Assembly: GCA_041659205.1 (NCBI GenBank)
Contig: JBAZYS010000004.1
Location: 587-64,586 of the forward strand
Length of the DNA stretch: 64,000 nt
Direction: 5' to 3'
Origin: Minisyncoccota bacterium
Lineage (GTDB): Bacteria; Patescibacteriota; Minisyncoccia; Phycocordibacterales; UBA9973
Positions 35,998 to 46,215 of this stretch are shown piece by piece. The stretch's first letter is position 1. Every line of letters begins with the position of its first letter. The notes under the pieces are model-generated. The model was not told where the DNA came from. It saw only the letters and a list, made by a program, of their open reading frames with translations, and did no database searches. The translations under genes and the position numbers were made by a program.

Positions 35998-36873
35998 ATG
36001 ACAACTGATGATTTAGTAAAACAATTTAATTTACCATTTGCAAATTTTTCTGAACCAATTAAGTGGCAAGGTGATGTTGGTTTTAGTACAACTCAAAGCT
36101 ATGGAGACGGATACGGATCATTGTACAAATTTGGGATTCACAGCCAAAAATCAGAAGAGAATTTAAGAAATCTATCAGTCAGTGTAAGTTATGGAAAGGA
36201 AACTGAAGGTGGTATTAGTTTAGGGACAGGTAAAAGGGGTATTTTTAATCCACTAGATTTAAATTTTAGTGATGAATTTTCTTACAGTGAAAGTCAAGGA
36301 AAGTTTTTTCATTATGGAGAAGTAATTAATGCAAAAGACATACTTCTATATATAGAAAAAATGCATAAAAAACCTACAAATTTAAGAAAAGGCTTTTTCC
36401 TTATAACCAAGCTCTGGTTTTGGCGTGAGGCACTTCCTGCATTTATTAAATTCATAGATATAATCTTAATATACATTTTATTGTTAATTTCAGGAGAAAA
36501 AATTATAAATAATGATATTATAAAGAGATATTTTTCAAAAAGATTTGACGAAAAGAATAATCAAAAAACAGATACGGAATTTGAGTTTTTGGACGGTGGA
36601 ACTATGACTTTTTTTGGCTATACAGCAAAACGTTGGTCAGTTGTTTTTTACTGTTCTCTTCATTTGGTTATTTATGTTTTTTTCTTCTATCTACAAAATA
36701 ATCATTATATTCTTATTAGCAGAATAGGCAAAAATAGCTTTTTGATTATTTGTTATGTGGTTATTTCTTTTGTAATTACAGAGTCAGTAATTCCAAAAGG
36801 AATTAAGGCTGTTATTGCAAAAACTCCTAGGATTTTCACGGAGGTCGCTTTTAAGAGTATAAAGGTTTCATAG
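35998..36873 (+). CDS. hypothetical protein with C-terminal TM helices
   Basis: ORF track. No family recognised. Confidence 0.35.
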   Translation: MTTDDLVKQFNLPFANFSEPIKWQGDVGFSTTQSYGDGYGSLYKFGIHSQKSEENLRNLSVSVSYGKETEGGISLGTGKRGIFNPLDLNFSDEFSYSESQGKFFHYGEVINAKDILLYIEKMHKKPTNLRKGFFLITKLWFWREALPAFIKFIDIILIYILLLISGEKIINNDIIKRYFSKRFDEKNNQKTDTEFEFLDGGTMTFFGYTAKRWSVVFYCSLHLVIYVFFFYLQNNHYILISRIGKNSFLIICYVVISFVITESVIPKGIKAVIAKTPRIFTEVAFKSIKVS

Positions 36874-36898
36874 TCTAATCATGTTATAATATTTTCAT

Positions 36899-37291
36899 AT
36901 GAATAAAGTTACACATTTTGAATTTCCTTGGGATGACAAGGAGCGAGCAAAGTCATTTTATCAGAACGTTTTTGATTGGAAGCCCTTTGAGTGGGAGCAA
37001 ATGGGTTATACAAGCTGGCAGACTGGTCCAATAGATGAGAAAATGCAACCCACAGAAACTGGTTTTATAAATGGGGGCTCTAGTAAGCGTGATCCTAGCA
37101 TGCCATATCCGATGTTTTATGTTGATGTCCCAGATATGGACTTGGCATTGAGTAAAATTGTCGAAAATGGCGGCTCTGTCGTAAAAGGTAAAACTCCATT
37201 AGGGGAAAATGGCTCTATGGGCTTCCTCGCTTGGTTTAAGGATTCAGAAGGGAACATCCTTGGCCTATCTCAATACAACAAGCCTGTATAA
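36899..37291 (+). CDS. VOC/glyoxalase-bleomycin-resistance family protein
   Basis: ~130 aa, paired beta-alpha-beta-beta-beta module pattern, HFEFPWDD...YQNVFDW start typical of small VOC proteins. Confidence 0.6.
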   Translation: MNKVTHFEFPWDDKERAKSFYQNVFDWKPFEWEQMGYTSWQTGPIDEKMQPTETGFINGGSSKRDPSMPYPMFYVDVPDMDLALSKIVENGGSVVKGKTPLGENGSMGFLAWFKDSEGNILGLSQYNKPV

Positions 37292-37321
37292 AAATATGAA
37301 AGCCCCGGCGAGAGTCGGGGC
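37291..37321 (-). terminator. Rho-independent terminator of the 37375..37755 minus-strand gene
   Basis: GCCCCG-acucucgc-CGGGGC hairpin followed on the minus strand by TTTCATATTTTT. Confidence 0.6.
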
Positions 37322-37374
37322 TTGGGGCTGATGAAAAACAGATCTAAGAACAAGAAGGCGGCGGCGAAGTTAGC

Positions 37375-37755
37375 TCAGCGAGAAAGTTCAGCCCGAGCTT
37401 TTGATCCGTACCCCTCGACGAAGATTTTGTCTGCGCTCCCACGAAGGATGGAAGAAATCGACCTGTGGGAATAGCGATTGCGAAGCATCTTGTCGGCGTC
37501 GAGGCAATCCTTTTCTTTCTCGTGCTCTGGGCCACAAATGAGCATGACCGTCCTATTCTTTCCCTTACTGAACCTGGAGAGCTTTTTTCGCGCCCAGGAG
37601 AGAAGGTTCTTCTTTGCTTCTGCGATGTCCTTTGCCTCGAACTTCACGTCGTTAAAAGAGAAGATGGGGATCCTTTCTACGCCCCGGCTTCGTCTGTACG
37701 TTGTGACGCTAAGGCTGGCATGCCAGATTGTTTTTGTCATGGGTACTCCTTTCAA
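37375..37755 (-). CDS. hypothetical protein in a GC-rich patch (probable true start at the second ATG, 37740, which has an AAAGGAG RBS)
   Basis: RBS AAAGGAGtaccc before ATG 37740. Terminator downstream. Opposite-strand ORFs 37465..37758 and 37478..37813 are shadow frames. Confidence 0.5.
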   Translation of the reverse strand: MKGVPMTKTIWHASLSVTTYRRSRGVERIPIFSFNDVKFEAKDIAEAKKNLLSWARKKLSRFSKGKNRTVMLICGPEHEKEKDCLDADKMLRNRYSHRSISSILRGSADKIFVEGYGSKARAELSR

Positions 37756-37825
37756 TAACCAGAGTATACCCGCTACATATAGCTGTCAACTCGTAAATTT
37801 TTATTATATTTAGTATGATAAAGCT

Positions 37826-38560
37826 ATGAAATTAATCTCTTTAAACACTTGGTGCGGGAAGATATATGAACCATTAAAAAAATTCATAGAAGATAATGCA
37901 AATGAAACTGATATTTTTTGCTTTCAGGAAATACGCAATGGAAAATATTTAGACAGATGGGAAGCAGAAGACGAAGTCGAAGACCTTTTTGAGAAAATAG
38001 AAAATATCCTACCAAATTTTAAGGGTTACTTTACAGAGATGACACCTGGTCTTGGACTCGCAACTTATATTAAAAATACCCTAGAAGTAGAAAAATTTTA
38101 TTCATCAACAGTACTTTCTTCAGAAGAATTAGAAGACATAGAAAAATTTGAAAACAGAACAACAAAACCACGCGTGATACAAGTCATAACATTAAAAAAT
38201 AAATTATCTATTTTAAATTTTCACGGTATTTATGGTGGTTATAAAAAAGATACAAAAGAACGGGAATTACAAACAAAGAGAATACAAGAAATATTGATTA
38301 AATTAGATGAACCCAAAATTCTAATTGGGGATTTTAATCTAAATCCAGATACGAATGCTGTTGCTGAATTAGAAAAACTAATGAGAAATTTGATAAAAGA
38401 GAATAATATTAATGCTACCAGAAGTGACCTTTATGAAGAAAAAGAAATTATGCCTTTTGCAGACTATGCTTTTGTTTCAAAAGATATAAATATAAAAGAT
38501 TTCAGGGTTCTTCAAGATGAAGTTTCTGACCATTTACCGTTATTTTTAGAAATTAAATAA
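37826..38560 (+). CDS. endonuclease/exonuclease/phosphatase (EEP) family protein
   Basis: LISLNTWCG...IFCFQE N-terminus. C-terminal SDHLPL motif typical of the EEP fold. Confidence 0.7.
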   Translation: MKLISLNTWCGKIYEPLKKFIEDNANETDIFCFQEIRNGKYLDRWEAEDEVEDLFEKIENILPNFKGYFTEMTPGLGLATYIKNTLEVEKFYSSTVLSSEELEDIEKFENRTTKPRVIQVITLKNKLSILNFHGIYGGYKKDTKERELQTKRIQEILIKLDEPKILIGDFNLNPDTNAVAELEKLMRNLIKENNINATRSDLYEEKEIMPFADYAFVSKDINIKDFRVLQDEVSDHLPLFLEIK

Positions 38561-38574
38561 GTTATTATATCGTA

Positions 38575-39255
38575 GTGAACGAAAAAATATTAAAATTAAA
38601 ATCTGAATTAAAAAATCGTGGGATTGTAGGATTAGCTCTTGATATTGATGAGACCTTATCCCATACAAATCATCATTGGTGGGAACATATGATTAATTTT
38701 CATAAACCAGAAGAGCTGAGTAAGGAAGAAATGATTGAAAAATACAAATTTATTGATGAGGTACCAGAATGGCAGACAGAGGAAGCCAATAAATTCAAGG
38801 AACAAACCTTACACTCAAATGAGTTCAACGAAACAGTACCGCTCATTCATGATGCTAATAAAATTGTCCAAGAGATAAATAAAATTATTCCAATTGTAGC
38901 TTATATAACTGCTAGGCCTATAACTGTTGTCGATGGAACTCTCAAATGGCTCAAGAAACACAATTTCCCTGAAGCTGAATTAATAACAAGACCGAAAGAT
39001 ATAAGCTTAGAGGATTTCAATTTAAATAAAAATAAATGGAAAGCTGAAGTATTAAATACTCTTTTCCCTGAAGTTATAGGTATAGTTGATGATAATTCCG
39101 TATTAATACATCAGTTAGAAGCTTTAAATTACCCAGGAATGCTATATTTTTACGGAGAAGAAACTAATCAGTTCAAGGATGATGAACATGTTATAATTTG
39201 TCCTACCTGGAATAATGTATTAGATAAAATCAAAGAAAAAGTGCATTTGATATAA
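38575..39255 (+). CDS. HAD-superfamily hydrolase-like protein
   Basis: Motif I LDIDETL (DxDxT). Late GIVDDN resembling motif IV. Confidence 0.5.
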   Translation: MNEKILKLKSELKNRGIVGLALDIDETLSHTNHHWWEHMINFHKPEELSKEEMIEKYKFIDEVPEWQTEEANKFKEQTLHSNEFNETVPLIHDANKIVQEINKIIPIVAYITARPITVVDGTLKWLKKHNFPEAELITRPKDISLEDFNLNKNKWKAEVLNTLFPEVIGIVDDNSVLIHQLEALNYPGMLYFYGEETNQFKDDEHVIICPTWNNVLDKIKEKVHLI

Positions 39256-39262
39256 AATATAT

Positions 39263-39709
39263 ATGAAAAATAACATAAATAATAACCTAGTTATTGAATT
39301 ACACGTCCCAGATTTTAATAAAGTTAAGAAATTTTATGCATGCTTAGGTTTTACTGAAATCATATTCGAACATGTTCCGGCAGAACAACCAGGATATTTG
39401 GTTTTAAGAAGGAAAAGTGATCTTGGAGATACTCTTTTACATTTTTATGGCGGAGATGAGAGAGTTTATAATCAGTCATTCTTTAAACAATTCCCAAAAG
39501 ATACTCGTCGCGGATATGCAACAGAAATTACAATTCCAGTTAACGATATAGATTCAGTATATGAAAAAGTAAAAAATTTAGTGCCCGATGCTATCGTTCG
39601 AGAATTAAAAGACCTCGTTGATATAGATATCAAATGGAAAGATTTTCGTATGGTAGACCCTTTCGGTTATTATATTCGCATGACAGAGCTTATAAACTGG
39701 GGTCAATAA
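39263..39709 (+). CDS. VOC-like small protein, hypothetical
   Basis: Size and beta-alpha-beta pattern only. Weak. Confidence 0.4.
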   Translation: MKNNINNNLVIELHVPDFNKVKKFYACLGFTEIIFEHVPAEQPGYLVLRRKSDLGDTLLHFYGGDERVYNQSFFKQFPKDTRRGYATEITIPVNDIDSVYEKVKNLVPDAIVRELKDLVDIDIKWKDFRMVDPFGYYIRMTELINWGQ

Positions 39710-39713
39710 TTAT

Positions 39714-40328
39714 ATGAAAATAATTAAACCAATTAAGGGCATTGTAGTAAAAAGGGCCTTTGTTGTTTCTGATTTTATTAGTGCAAAAAATAACAGAAGA
39801 AAATATCTTACTTTGGTGCCTGAAAATATTTTTCTTAAAAAACTTAAAACTGCAAAGAAAAATGCACTTAAATTAAAAGAATCTCAGCTTGATAGAATCA
39901 TAATGAATGAATACAAGAAGAGGCTTACCGCCTACGATAATAGTACTTGGTATTTAGGAGAAGTAAAAACTAGTGAGGTGGGAGTTTGGAAAAAAGCTGG
40001 AGGACTTCCTTTGTCCTGGACTAATGGTTCGCTTGCCGAAACTGCAAAAAAAGTAAAACATGCATTAGCTAATAACCCCAAACTTATTAAAAAAAGAGCT
40101 AGGTACAGTATTCCTAATATGCTGAAAACAAATATCCACCTTCTTCAGCAGGAAAAATATTTATTACCAATTATTTTTAAGGGTGGCACAGGAACAAAAG
40201 GACGAAAAAGATTAAAAAAACATATGAAAGGGGATATTGATGATGGGTGCATGAGATCTATTGCATTAGCAATAAAAGGAAAAAGGACACTTAAGGCCTA
40301 CATCGGTTTTCCGAAGAATTTGGTATAA
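39714..40328 (+). CDS. hypothetical basic protein
   Basis: ORF track. Lys-rich. No motifs. Confidence 0.35.
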   Translation: MKIIKPIKGIVVKRAFVVSDFISAKNNRRKYLTLVPENIFLKKLKTAKKNALKLKESQLDRIIMNEYKKRLTAYDNSTWYLGEVKTSEVGVWKKAGGLPLSWTNGSLAETAKKVKHALANNPKLIKKRARYSIPNMLKTNIHLLQQEKYLLPIIFKGGTGTKGRKRLKKHMKGDIDDGCMRSIALAIKGKRTLKAYIGFPKNLV

Positions 40329-40358
40329 TAGAATTATTATTAATCTTAATTTAAAATT

Positions 40359-40766
40359 ATGGAAACACTTTCAACAAGTTCAGTGCAAACAAATAAAGGA
40401 AAGATTTTTTTGAATACTGTTTTGTGGGGTTTTGCACTTTGGCTTTTTGGTTATGCTTTAGGATTTGTATTCTTTGCTTTTGTACCTCAAGATTCGATCG
40501 GATGGTACATTATGCCTTTTGGTGTCCTTGCTACCCTCTTGGTATTACTTAAGAAAATCAAAAGGGAAGAGTTTAAATGTTATATCGGACTCGGGGTAAT
40601 TTGGACTATTCTGGCAGTTGTTTTAGATTATTTTTTCTTGGTTAAAATGCTTTCCGCAGTAAATTATTACAAACTTGATGTATATATTTATTACGCCCTA
40701 ACCCTTATTTTGCCAATTGTTGTCGGATGGTATAAGTTCAAAACAATTAACAATACTAATCAATAA
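40359..40766 (+). CDS. membrane protein (4 TM)
   Basis: Hydrophobicity pattern. Confidence 0.4.
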   Translation: METLSTSSVQTNKGKIFLNTVLWGFALWLFGYALGFVFFAFVPQDSIGWYIMPFGVLATLLVLLKKIKREEFKCYIGLGVIWTILAVVLDYFFLVKMLSAVNYYKLDVYIYYALTLILPIVVGWYKFKTINNTNQ

Positions 40767-40768
40767 AT

Positions 40769-41083
40769 ATGAGAAAACCATTCGTACATGCATTAGCCGC
40801 TGCTTTATATATCATTATCCTGGTTCTATCTATAAATGCCACGAGCGGCGTTATCCCGGAGGATAGTATAAATTTACTGATACCAATGGTAATGCTCTGT
40901 CTTTTAGTATTGTCAGTTTTAGTTATGGGGTATTTATTTCTATTCGAGCCTTTGCGTCTCTATATGGAAAATCAAAAAGGCGAGGCTGTGGCTTTCTTTG
41001 GTAAAACTGTTGGATTCTTTGCTTGCTTCATCCTCATTTTCTTGATTATTCTTTTCTTGAAACAATTTATTTTTCACGCATGA
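40769..41083 (+). CDS. membrane protein (3 TM)
   Basis: Hydrophobicity pattern. 2 nt after the previous gene. Confidence 0.4.
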   Translation: MRKPFVHALAAALYIIILVLSINATSGVIPEDSINLLIPMVMLCLLVLSVLVMGYLFLFEPLRLYMENQKGEAVAFFGKTVGFFACFILIFLIILFLKQFIFHA

Positions 41084-41225
41084 TATAATACTTATATGCA
41101 AAAAACTTTACGAATTTTTCTTTTAGTTCTCATTATTATAGGTATTGGATTAATAGCCACTCAAAAGTTTTGGGTTCCTAAATTAGTTGAAAAAATGCTT
41201 TCAAGCGAAGTTGCCGCACAATTAA

Positions 41226-41795
41226 ATGAAATTAGAAACTAAAAGATTAATCTTAAGAGAGCCTAAAAAGAGTGACTGGAAAGACCTCGTGGAAGGGGTC
41301 GGGGAATGTGATGTGGCAAAGATGCTTTCAACTATAGTCCATCCATATACAAAAAAGGATGCAATAGAATATATACAAAAGGTAAATAAACGTTGGAAAC
41401 AAAAAATCAAAGATGACTATTCATTTTTTATCGAATTAAAATCTGAGAAAAAAATGATCGGGGCCATCGGCATTCACAAAATAGATATTTATTCCGGAAA
41501 TGGCACGACGGGGTCCTGGATTAATAAAAAGTATTGGAGAAATGGCTATATGACTGAAGCAAAAGTGGCTTTAAATGATTTTGCATTTAATAAACTAAAA
41601 TTTATTAGATTAAATTCTTCTGTTGCTACAAATAACGTAGCTTCGAATGCTACTCAATTGAAAATGGGATATAAGCTAGAAGGAATGCAGAGAAAAATTA
41701 AGAGATGTAGGGCATCTGGCAAACTTTCTGACCAAAATATGTATGGCTTACTAAAAGAGGATTGGAAAAAGACAAAAGCTAAAATAAAGTGTTAA
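41226..41795 (+). CDS. GNAT-family N-acetyltransferase (RimJ/RimL-like)
   Basis: TKRLILREPKKSDWKDL start. GAIGIHKID...WINKKYWRNGYMTEA acetyl-CoA-binding region. Confidence 0.75.
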   Translation: MKLETKRLILREPKKSDWKDLVEGVGECDVAKMLSTIVHPYTKKDAIEYIQKVNKRWKQKIKDDYSFFIELKSEKKMIGAIGIHKIDIYSGNGTTGSWINKKYWRNGYMTEAKVALNDFAFNKLKFIRLNSSVATNNVASNATQLKMGYKLEGMQRKIKRCRASGKLSDQNMYGLLKEDWKKTKAKIKC

Positions 41796-41808
41796 TATAT
41801 ATCCCTAT

Positions 41809-42744
41809 ATGGAAAGCATAAACCCAGGAAACAATACAAATGAGGCAAGGGGACTCAAGCCCGAAAAGCGTGAACATATTCCGACTGCTGAGAAACTAAA
41901 AATTGTAATGGTGCGTATTGCAAGTGAAGTAAATAAGGAAACTGAGGAAAAATACGGACTTAAGAGTTTAGTTGACGCATCTTTACATATTAATCCTACT
42001 TTTTTTACTAAGGAAAAAGGTGGCATATATAATTCAGATGAGGTTTTTAATGATGAAGGAGAAGTTTATGCGCTTGATAGAATGAATTCAGGAGCAGATA
42101 GTGAGGGTGTACAGAAGCATTACAAGGCTGAATTTGGCGTAGAAGGCCAAGAAGGAATTATTGCAAAATACCGAGAGAATAAAGATATAAGCAAAAGTAA
42201 TCAGGCCGAAATAGTAATCACTGCGCTCCTGCACAAAGTACTTAAAGAGAAATTTCTCGTGGTACGTTCTGCTGTATTTGACGACTACAAGCACGGTATT
42301 GATAATTTAATTCTAGATAAAGAAACAGGAATGGTCATCAGTGCATTCGATGAAGTCATTGAAAACCTAGGTGATAAAGACAAGGGTCCTTCAAAAAAGA
42401 TTGAAAAAATTAAAAAGATCGCCCTAAAAGGTGGCACCGAGGCAAAATATGGTATTGCACTTAAAGACAACCAGCTCACAAGAGCACACACTCGAAATAT
42501 TCCTGTATTTTACTTAACCCTAGAAGGTAAAAATCTTACAGAACTTGCAGATTCTCTCTTTAAAGACAGTGATAATAATGCGGATGTTGAAGTTAAGCTT
42601 TTCTCCCATCTTGTACAATCTATCAGAGAGCAAAAGCAAATGTTAGAAAAATTGAATCTTCCTCCTGTTGTAAGGAAAAATTTAGAAGGTTTTGAAAGAT
42701 CTCTCATTACTATGGAAAATTTTTCTGTACAAACAAAAATATGA
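41809..42744 (+). CDS. hypothetical protein
   Basis: ORF track only. Confidence 0.35.
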   Translation: MESINPGNNTNEARGLKPEKREHIPTAEKLKIVMVRIASEVNKETEEKYGLKSLVDASLHINPTFFTKEKGGIYNSDEVFNDEGEVYALDRMNSGADSEGVQKHYKAEFGVEGQEGIIAKYRENKDISKSNQAEIVITALLHKVLKEKFLVVRSAVFDDYKHGIDNLILDKETGMVISAFDEVIENLGDKDKGPSKKIEKIKKIALKGGTEAKYGIALKDNQLTRAHTRNIPVFYLTLEGKNLTELADSLFKDSDNNADVEVKLFSHLVQSIREQKQMLEKLNLPPVVRKNLEGFERSLITMENFSVQTKI

Positions 42745-43355
42745 AAAAGAAAATACAAATAGTCATAATTCATGGCGGAATGACTTTTAAAAAAAGAAAG
42801 GATTATTTAGACTATTTAAAAAATCGTGAAGTTAAAATTGAAAAGAAAATAAGGTGGACTGATGATTATTTAGATAAAGAATTAGGGAAAAAATTTGAGA
42901 TTATCAGACCACAGATGCCCTTATCAGAAGATGCAAAATACGCGGATTGGAAAATATATTTTAAAAGACACATTCCTCATTTAAGAAATAATGTAATTTT
43001 AATAGGGAATTCACTTGGTGGGATATTCCTCGCTAAATATTTATCAGAAAATAAATTCCCAAAAAGAATCCTATCGACATATTTAGTCTGCCCACCTTTC
43101 GACAATACTCTTTCTGCTGAAGACTTAGTCGGCGGATTTAAACTCAAGGCTGACCTATCGCTCATTGAGAAGAATTCAAAAAACCTATATTTATTGTTTT
43201 CAGAAGATGACGACGTCGTTCCACTCTCTCATGCTAAAAAATATAAAAATAAGCTGAAGAATGCAAAAATCTTTATTTATAAGGGTAAAAACGGGCATTT
43301 CCGAATACCTAAATTCCCCGAGATAGTTAAAATGATAAAGAATGACATTTCTTAA
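42741..43355 (+). CDS. alpha/beta-hydrolase (serine hydrolase, YdeN/RBBP9-like)
   Basis: IVIIHGG start, nucleophile elbow GNSLGG, Asp/His later (DDDV...GHF). Confidence 0.6.
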   Translation: MKKKIQIVIIHGGMTFKKRKDYLDYLKNREVKIEKKIRWTDDYLDKELGKKFEIIRPQMPLSEDAKYADWKIYFKRHIPHLRNNVILIGNSLGGIFLAKYLSENKFPKRILSTYLVCPPFDNTLSAEDLVGGFKLKADLSLIEKNSKNLYLLFSEDDDVVPLSHAKKYKNKLKNAKIFIYKGKNGHFRIPKFPEIVKMIKNDIS

Positions 43356-43758
43356 TAAATTAATATATAATGAAAATATGAATATAGAAGATAATTTTCC
43401 ACCAAGACAATTTAAAATAGATAGTGATCTAGACCCCGAAGAGGCACTAACAGAAGCAAGGGAACAGGAAGAAAAATTAAGGTCCGAGCAAGAAGGAAGA
43501 GATTTAGTTCACAGCCAAATAGAAATAGAAAGACTAAGCCGCCCACAAAATATAATAATAAAACTAACTCAATTAAACATTCTGAAAAAGAATGGTGAAG
43601 TTGAATTGGATGGAATAGATTTTCGTGGCAGAGATATCAAACAAGGTGAAAAAGTTATTTTATTCGGCAGAAATGAAAAGATAGAGGCAAAATTTGATGG
43701 AATTGTAAAGAAAAACAAAGATGGAACTATGACTATTAAAGTTAGTTCATTAAATTAA
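43342..43758 (+). CDS. hypothetical protein
   Basis: ORF track only. Confidence 0.3.
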   Translation: MTFLNKLIYNENMNIEDNFPPRQFKIDSDLDPEEALTEAREQEEKLRSEQEGRDLVHSQIEIERLSRPQNIIIKLTQLNILKKNGEVELDGIDFRGRDIKQGEKVILFGRNEKIEAKFDGIVKKNKDGTMTIKVSSLN

Positions 43759-43782
43759 CCTAAAACAATAAATAGTTTTTTA

Positions 43783-44991
43783 TTGTACAATGGTTTGATG
43801 AGTGACAAAAAGGACAACCTATTTCTGCATGCAGACGGAGACTCATTTTTCGTAGCTTGTGAGCTTACATTGCGTCCAGAGCTCAAGGGCAAGCCCGTAA
43901 TCGTCGGTGAAGATAGGGGAATAGCAGTAGCAATGAGCGCTGAGGCGAAGAAGCTCGGAGTCACGAGAGGAATGCCAACTTTTCAAATCAAAAAACTATT
44001 TCCTGAAGTGGTCATCCTTCCGCACCATTTCGACCTTTATAATGATATTTCGAATGGCATGTATCAAATATTGCAATCATACTGCCAGACAATTGAGGTA
44101 TATAGTATCGACGAATGTTTCGCTGTCATTTGTCCTCACGATGTTAAATATTTCGGTGGAGAAAGGGAACTTCTTTCTGAATTAAAAAATGAAATAGAAA
44201 AAACTCTTGGAGTGACCTATTCATTCGGCCTCGCTCGTACTAAAGCTCTCGCCAAGCAAGCCTCAAAACTAGAAAAACCAAATGGAATGGTGATGTTACT
44301 TTCAAAAGACGATGAAATTCGAGCCCTTAAGGCAACCTCAATAGACGATATTTGGGGTATCGGTAGACAGACAGTTCCACGCCTAAAAGACCTTGGAATT
44401 AAAAATGCTTTTGATTTTGTTAATTATTCTAAAACAGAAATAGAGAAATATTTTTCAGAGCCTGTGTTTAATTTACAAAAAGAACTAAGTGGTGAAATAC
44501 TTTTTGAAGTAGAAGGCAATAGTGACCCTCGTGACCAGAAGTCTATTCAATCCACCTCCACTTTTCGTCCATCATCTGCTGATACGAAAATCATTTGGCA
44601 AGAAATTGCAAAAAATGCTGAACATGCCTGCGAGAATGCTCGCGAGCTTCATCTAGTAAGTAATAAGGTATCATTTTTCGTTAAAACAAGTGAATTTAAA
44701 TATCACACAGATGAAGTTAAGTTAAATTTATATACAGCAGACCCAGGGGTTATTCTTAATGCCATAGAAAACAAGCTTCTGAAACTTCTAAAAAAGAATG
44801 AGAAAATTCGTTCCACGGGTGTAATCTTGCACAATCTTATCCGTGAAGAAAATGTGCCCCGAGATTTATTTGGGAAACAGGACAAAGAGCTCAAAAGCTT
44901 GATAGTAGAAGAAGTCGCTGATAAAATCAGACAAAAATATGGTAACAATATGATAAAACGGGTTGCTTCGTTAAAAAGAAATAAAAGTTAG
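43783..44991 (+). CDS. dinB: DNA polymerase IV (Y-family)
   Basis: FLHADGDSFFVACE catalytic start, SIDECF motif, HhH region IWGIGRQT. Confidence 0.85.
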   Translation: MYNGLMSDKKDNLFLHADGDSFFVACELTLRPELKGKPVIVGEDRGIAVAMSAEAKKLGVTRGMPTFQIKKLFPEVVILPHHFDLYNDISNGMYQILQSYCQTIEVYSIDECFAVICPHDVKYFGGERELLSELKNEIEKTLGVTYSFGLARTKALAKQASKLEKPNGMVMLLSKDDEIRALKATSIDDIWGIGRQTVPRLKDLGIKNAFDFVNYSKTEIEKYFSEPVFNLQKELSGEILFEVEGNSDPRDQKSIQSTSTFRPSSADTKIIWQEIAKNAEHACENARELHLVSNKVSFFVKTSEFKYHTDEVKLNLYTADPGVILNAIENKLLKLLKKNEKIRSTGVILHNLIREENVPRDLFGKQDKELKSLIVEEVADKIRQKYGNNMIKRVASLKRNKS

Positions 44992-45022
44992 ATAAGAATA
45001 TTAAATCTGTTATAATCAAACT

Positions 45023-45841
45023 ATGAATTTAGAAGGAAAAATCGACAATAAGACAATATTACTAAAATCAGAACTGCGACAACACCTCGCAAAAGGGGTA
45101 AAACCAATCATCACAGGAATAGGTTCTTATGAGGATTTTGGTTTTACAAAACCACTAGAAAAGCCTGGAGAAAAACCAGAAGCTATAAATATTACAGATG
45201 TGGAGAAAAGTTTGGGATTAATTAATTTAAAAAATTTAGACCAAGATGCGGGTACTTATGACGGAGAAGAAGGTGCGCTATCTAATGGCCCTGCTACTTA
45301 TGTCATATCATCAATTGATGAATCAAATAAATTCTCAGAAAATTTTAGCAGATGTTTGGGATTAGTTATAGTTGGAGTAGATAAAATTACTGGAAAAAAT
45401 ATCTCTTGTTTGGGCCATTTTGACCCTATTAAAATGGAAGCTGAGGGAGGTGCCTTAAGAATGGATTTAGAACAAAGGTTAATGGAAATGAAAGTTAAAT
45501 GTAAAGAAAATACCGTTGATGCAGTGATAATGGGAGGTAGGTATTACAATGATTATGAAATAGATTTTCATCAGATGGAACAGCTTTACGATGATTCTAT
45601 AAAATTACTCGGAGGAGAAGTAGAAGAAATGTTTGGTTTTAAACCACAAGTAATTAATGGTCCGAAAACTTATAAAGGTCAAGACAGTATTTTTGTTGAT
45701 AATGAAAATAGAAGGGCATATCTTATGAGGCCGAAGGTGAGTCAGGTTACTGGAGATTTTCCTTATGATGAAATGGATGCAAAGAGTAAAGCCTTGGCAG
45801 ATGATTTTATACAAATAAAACCTAATTCACAAAAAAAATAA
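45023..45841 (+). CDS. hypothetical protein
   Basis: ORF track only. Confidence 0.35.
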   Translation: MNLEGKIDNKTILLKSELRQHLAKGVKPIITGIGSYEDFGFTKPLEKPGEKPEAINITDVEKSLGLINLKNLDQDAGTYDGEEGALSNGPATYVISSIDESNKFSENFSRCLGLVIVGVDKITGKNISCLGHFDPIKMEAEGGALRMDLEQRLMEMKVKCKENTVDAVIMGGRYYNDYEIDFHQMEQLYDDSIKLLGGEVEEMFGFKPQVINGPKTYKGQDSIFVDNENRRAYLMRPKVSQVTGDFPYDEMDAKSKALADDFIQIKPNSQKK

Positions 45842-45842
45842 T

Positions 45843-46184
45843 ATGAGATTCTTATTAAGATCAAAAATTCACCGAGCAAGAGTTACTGAAGCAAATCTTG
45901 ATTATGTTGGCAGTGTAACAATAGACAAGGATCTAGTCGAAAAAGTAGGCTTAATGGGAGGGGAAAAAGTTTTAATTACAAGCATTGATTCTGGCGCAAG
46001 ACTTGAGACATATGTGATAGTTGGTGAGGCAGGCTCTGGTGTAATCTGCATGAATGGTCCTACTGCTCATTTAATTAAAAAGGATGAAATAGTAGTGATT
46101 ATGGGTTTTGAGCTAACTGATCAGCGAATAAAACCAAAAGTGATAATAGTTGATGAACATAATAATTTTGTAGAATATATCTAA
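45843..46184 (+). CDS. panD: aspartate 1-decarboxylase
   Basis: MRFLLRSKIHRARVTEANLDYVGSVTIDKDL contains the Gly-Ser self-cleavage site and canonical PanD N-terminus. Confidence 0.85.
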   Translation: MRFLLRSKIHRARVTEANLDYVGSVTIDKDLVEKVGLMGGEKVLITSIDSGARLETYVIVGEAGSGVICMNGPTAHLIKKDEIVVIMGFELTDQRIKPKVIIVDEHNNFVEYI

Positions 46185-46215
46185 ATCGTAAAAATATAAA
46201 TGTTATACTTGAATT

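Noticed and set aside
37465-37813. + strand ORFs 37465..37758 and 37478..37813
   Set aside because: Antisense to the RBS-supported minus-strand gene. GC-rich shadow frames.
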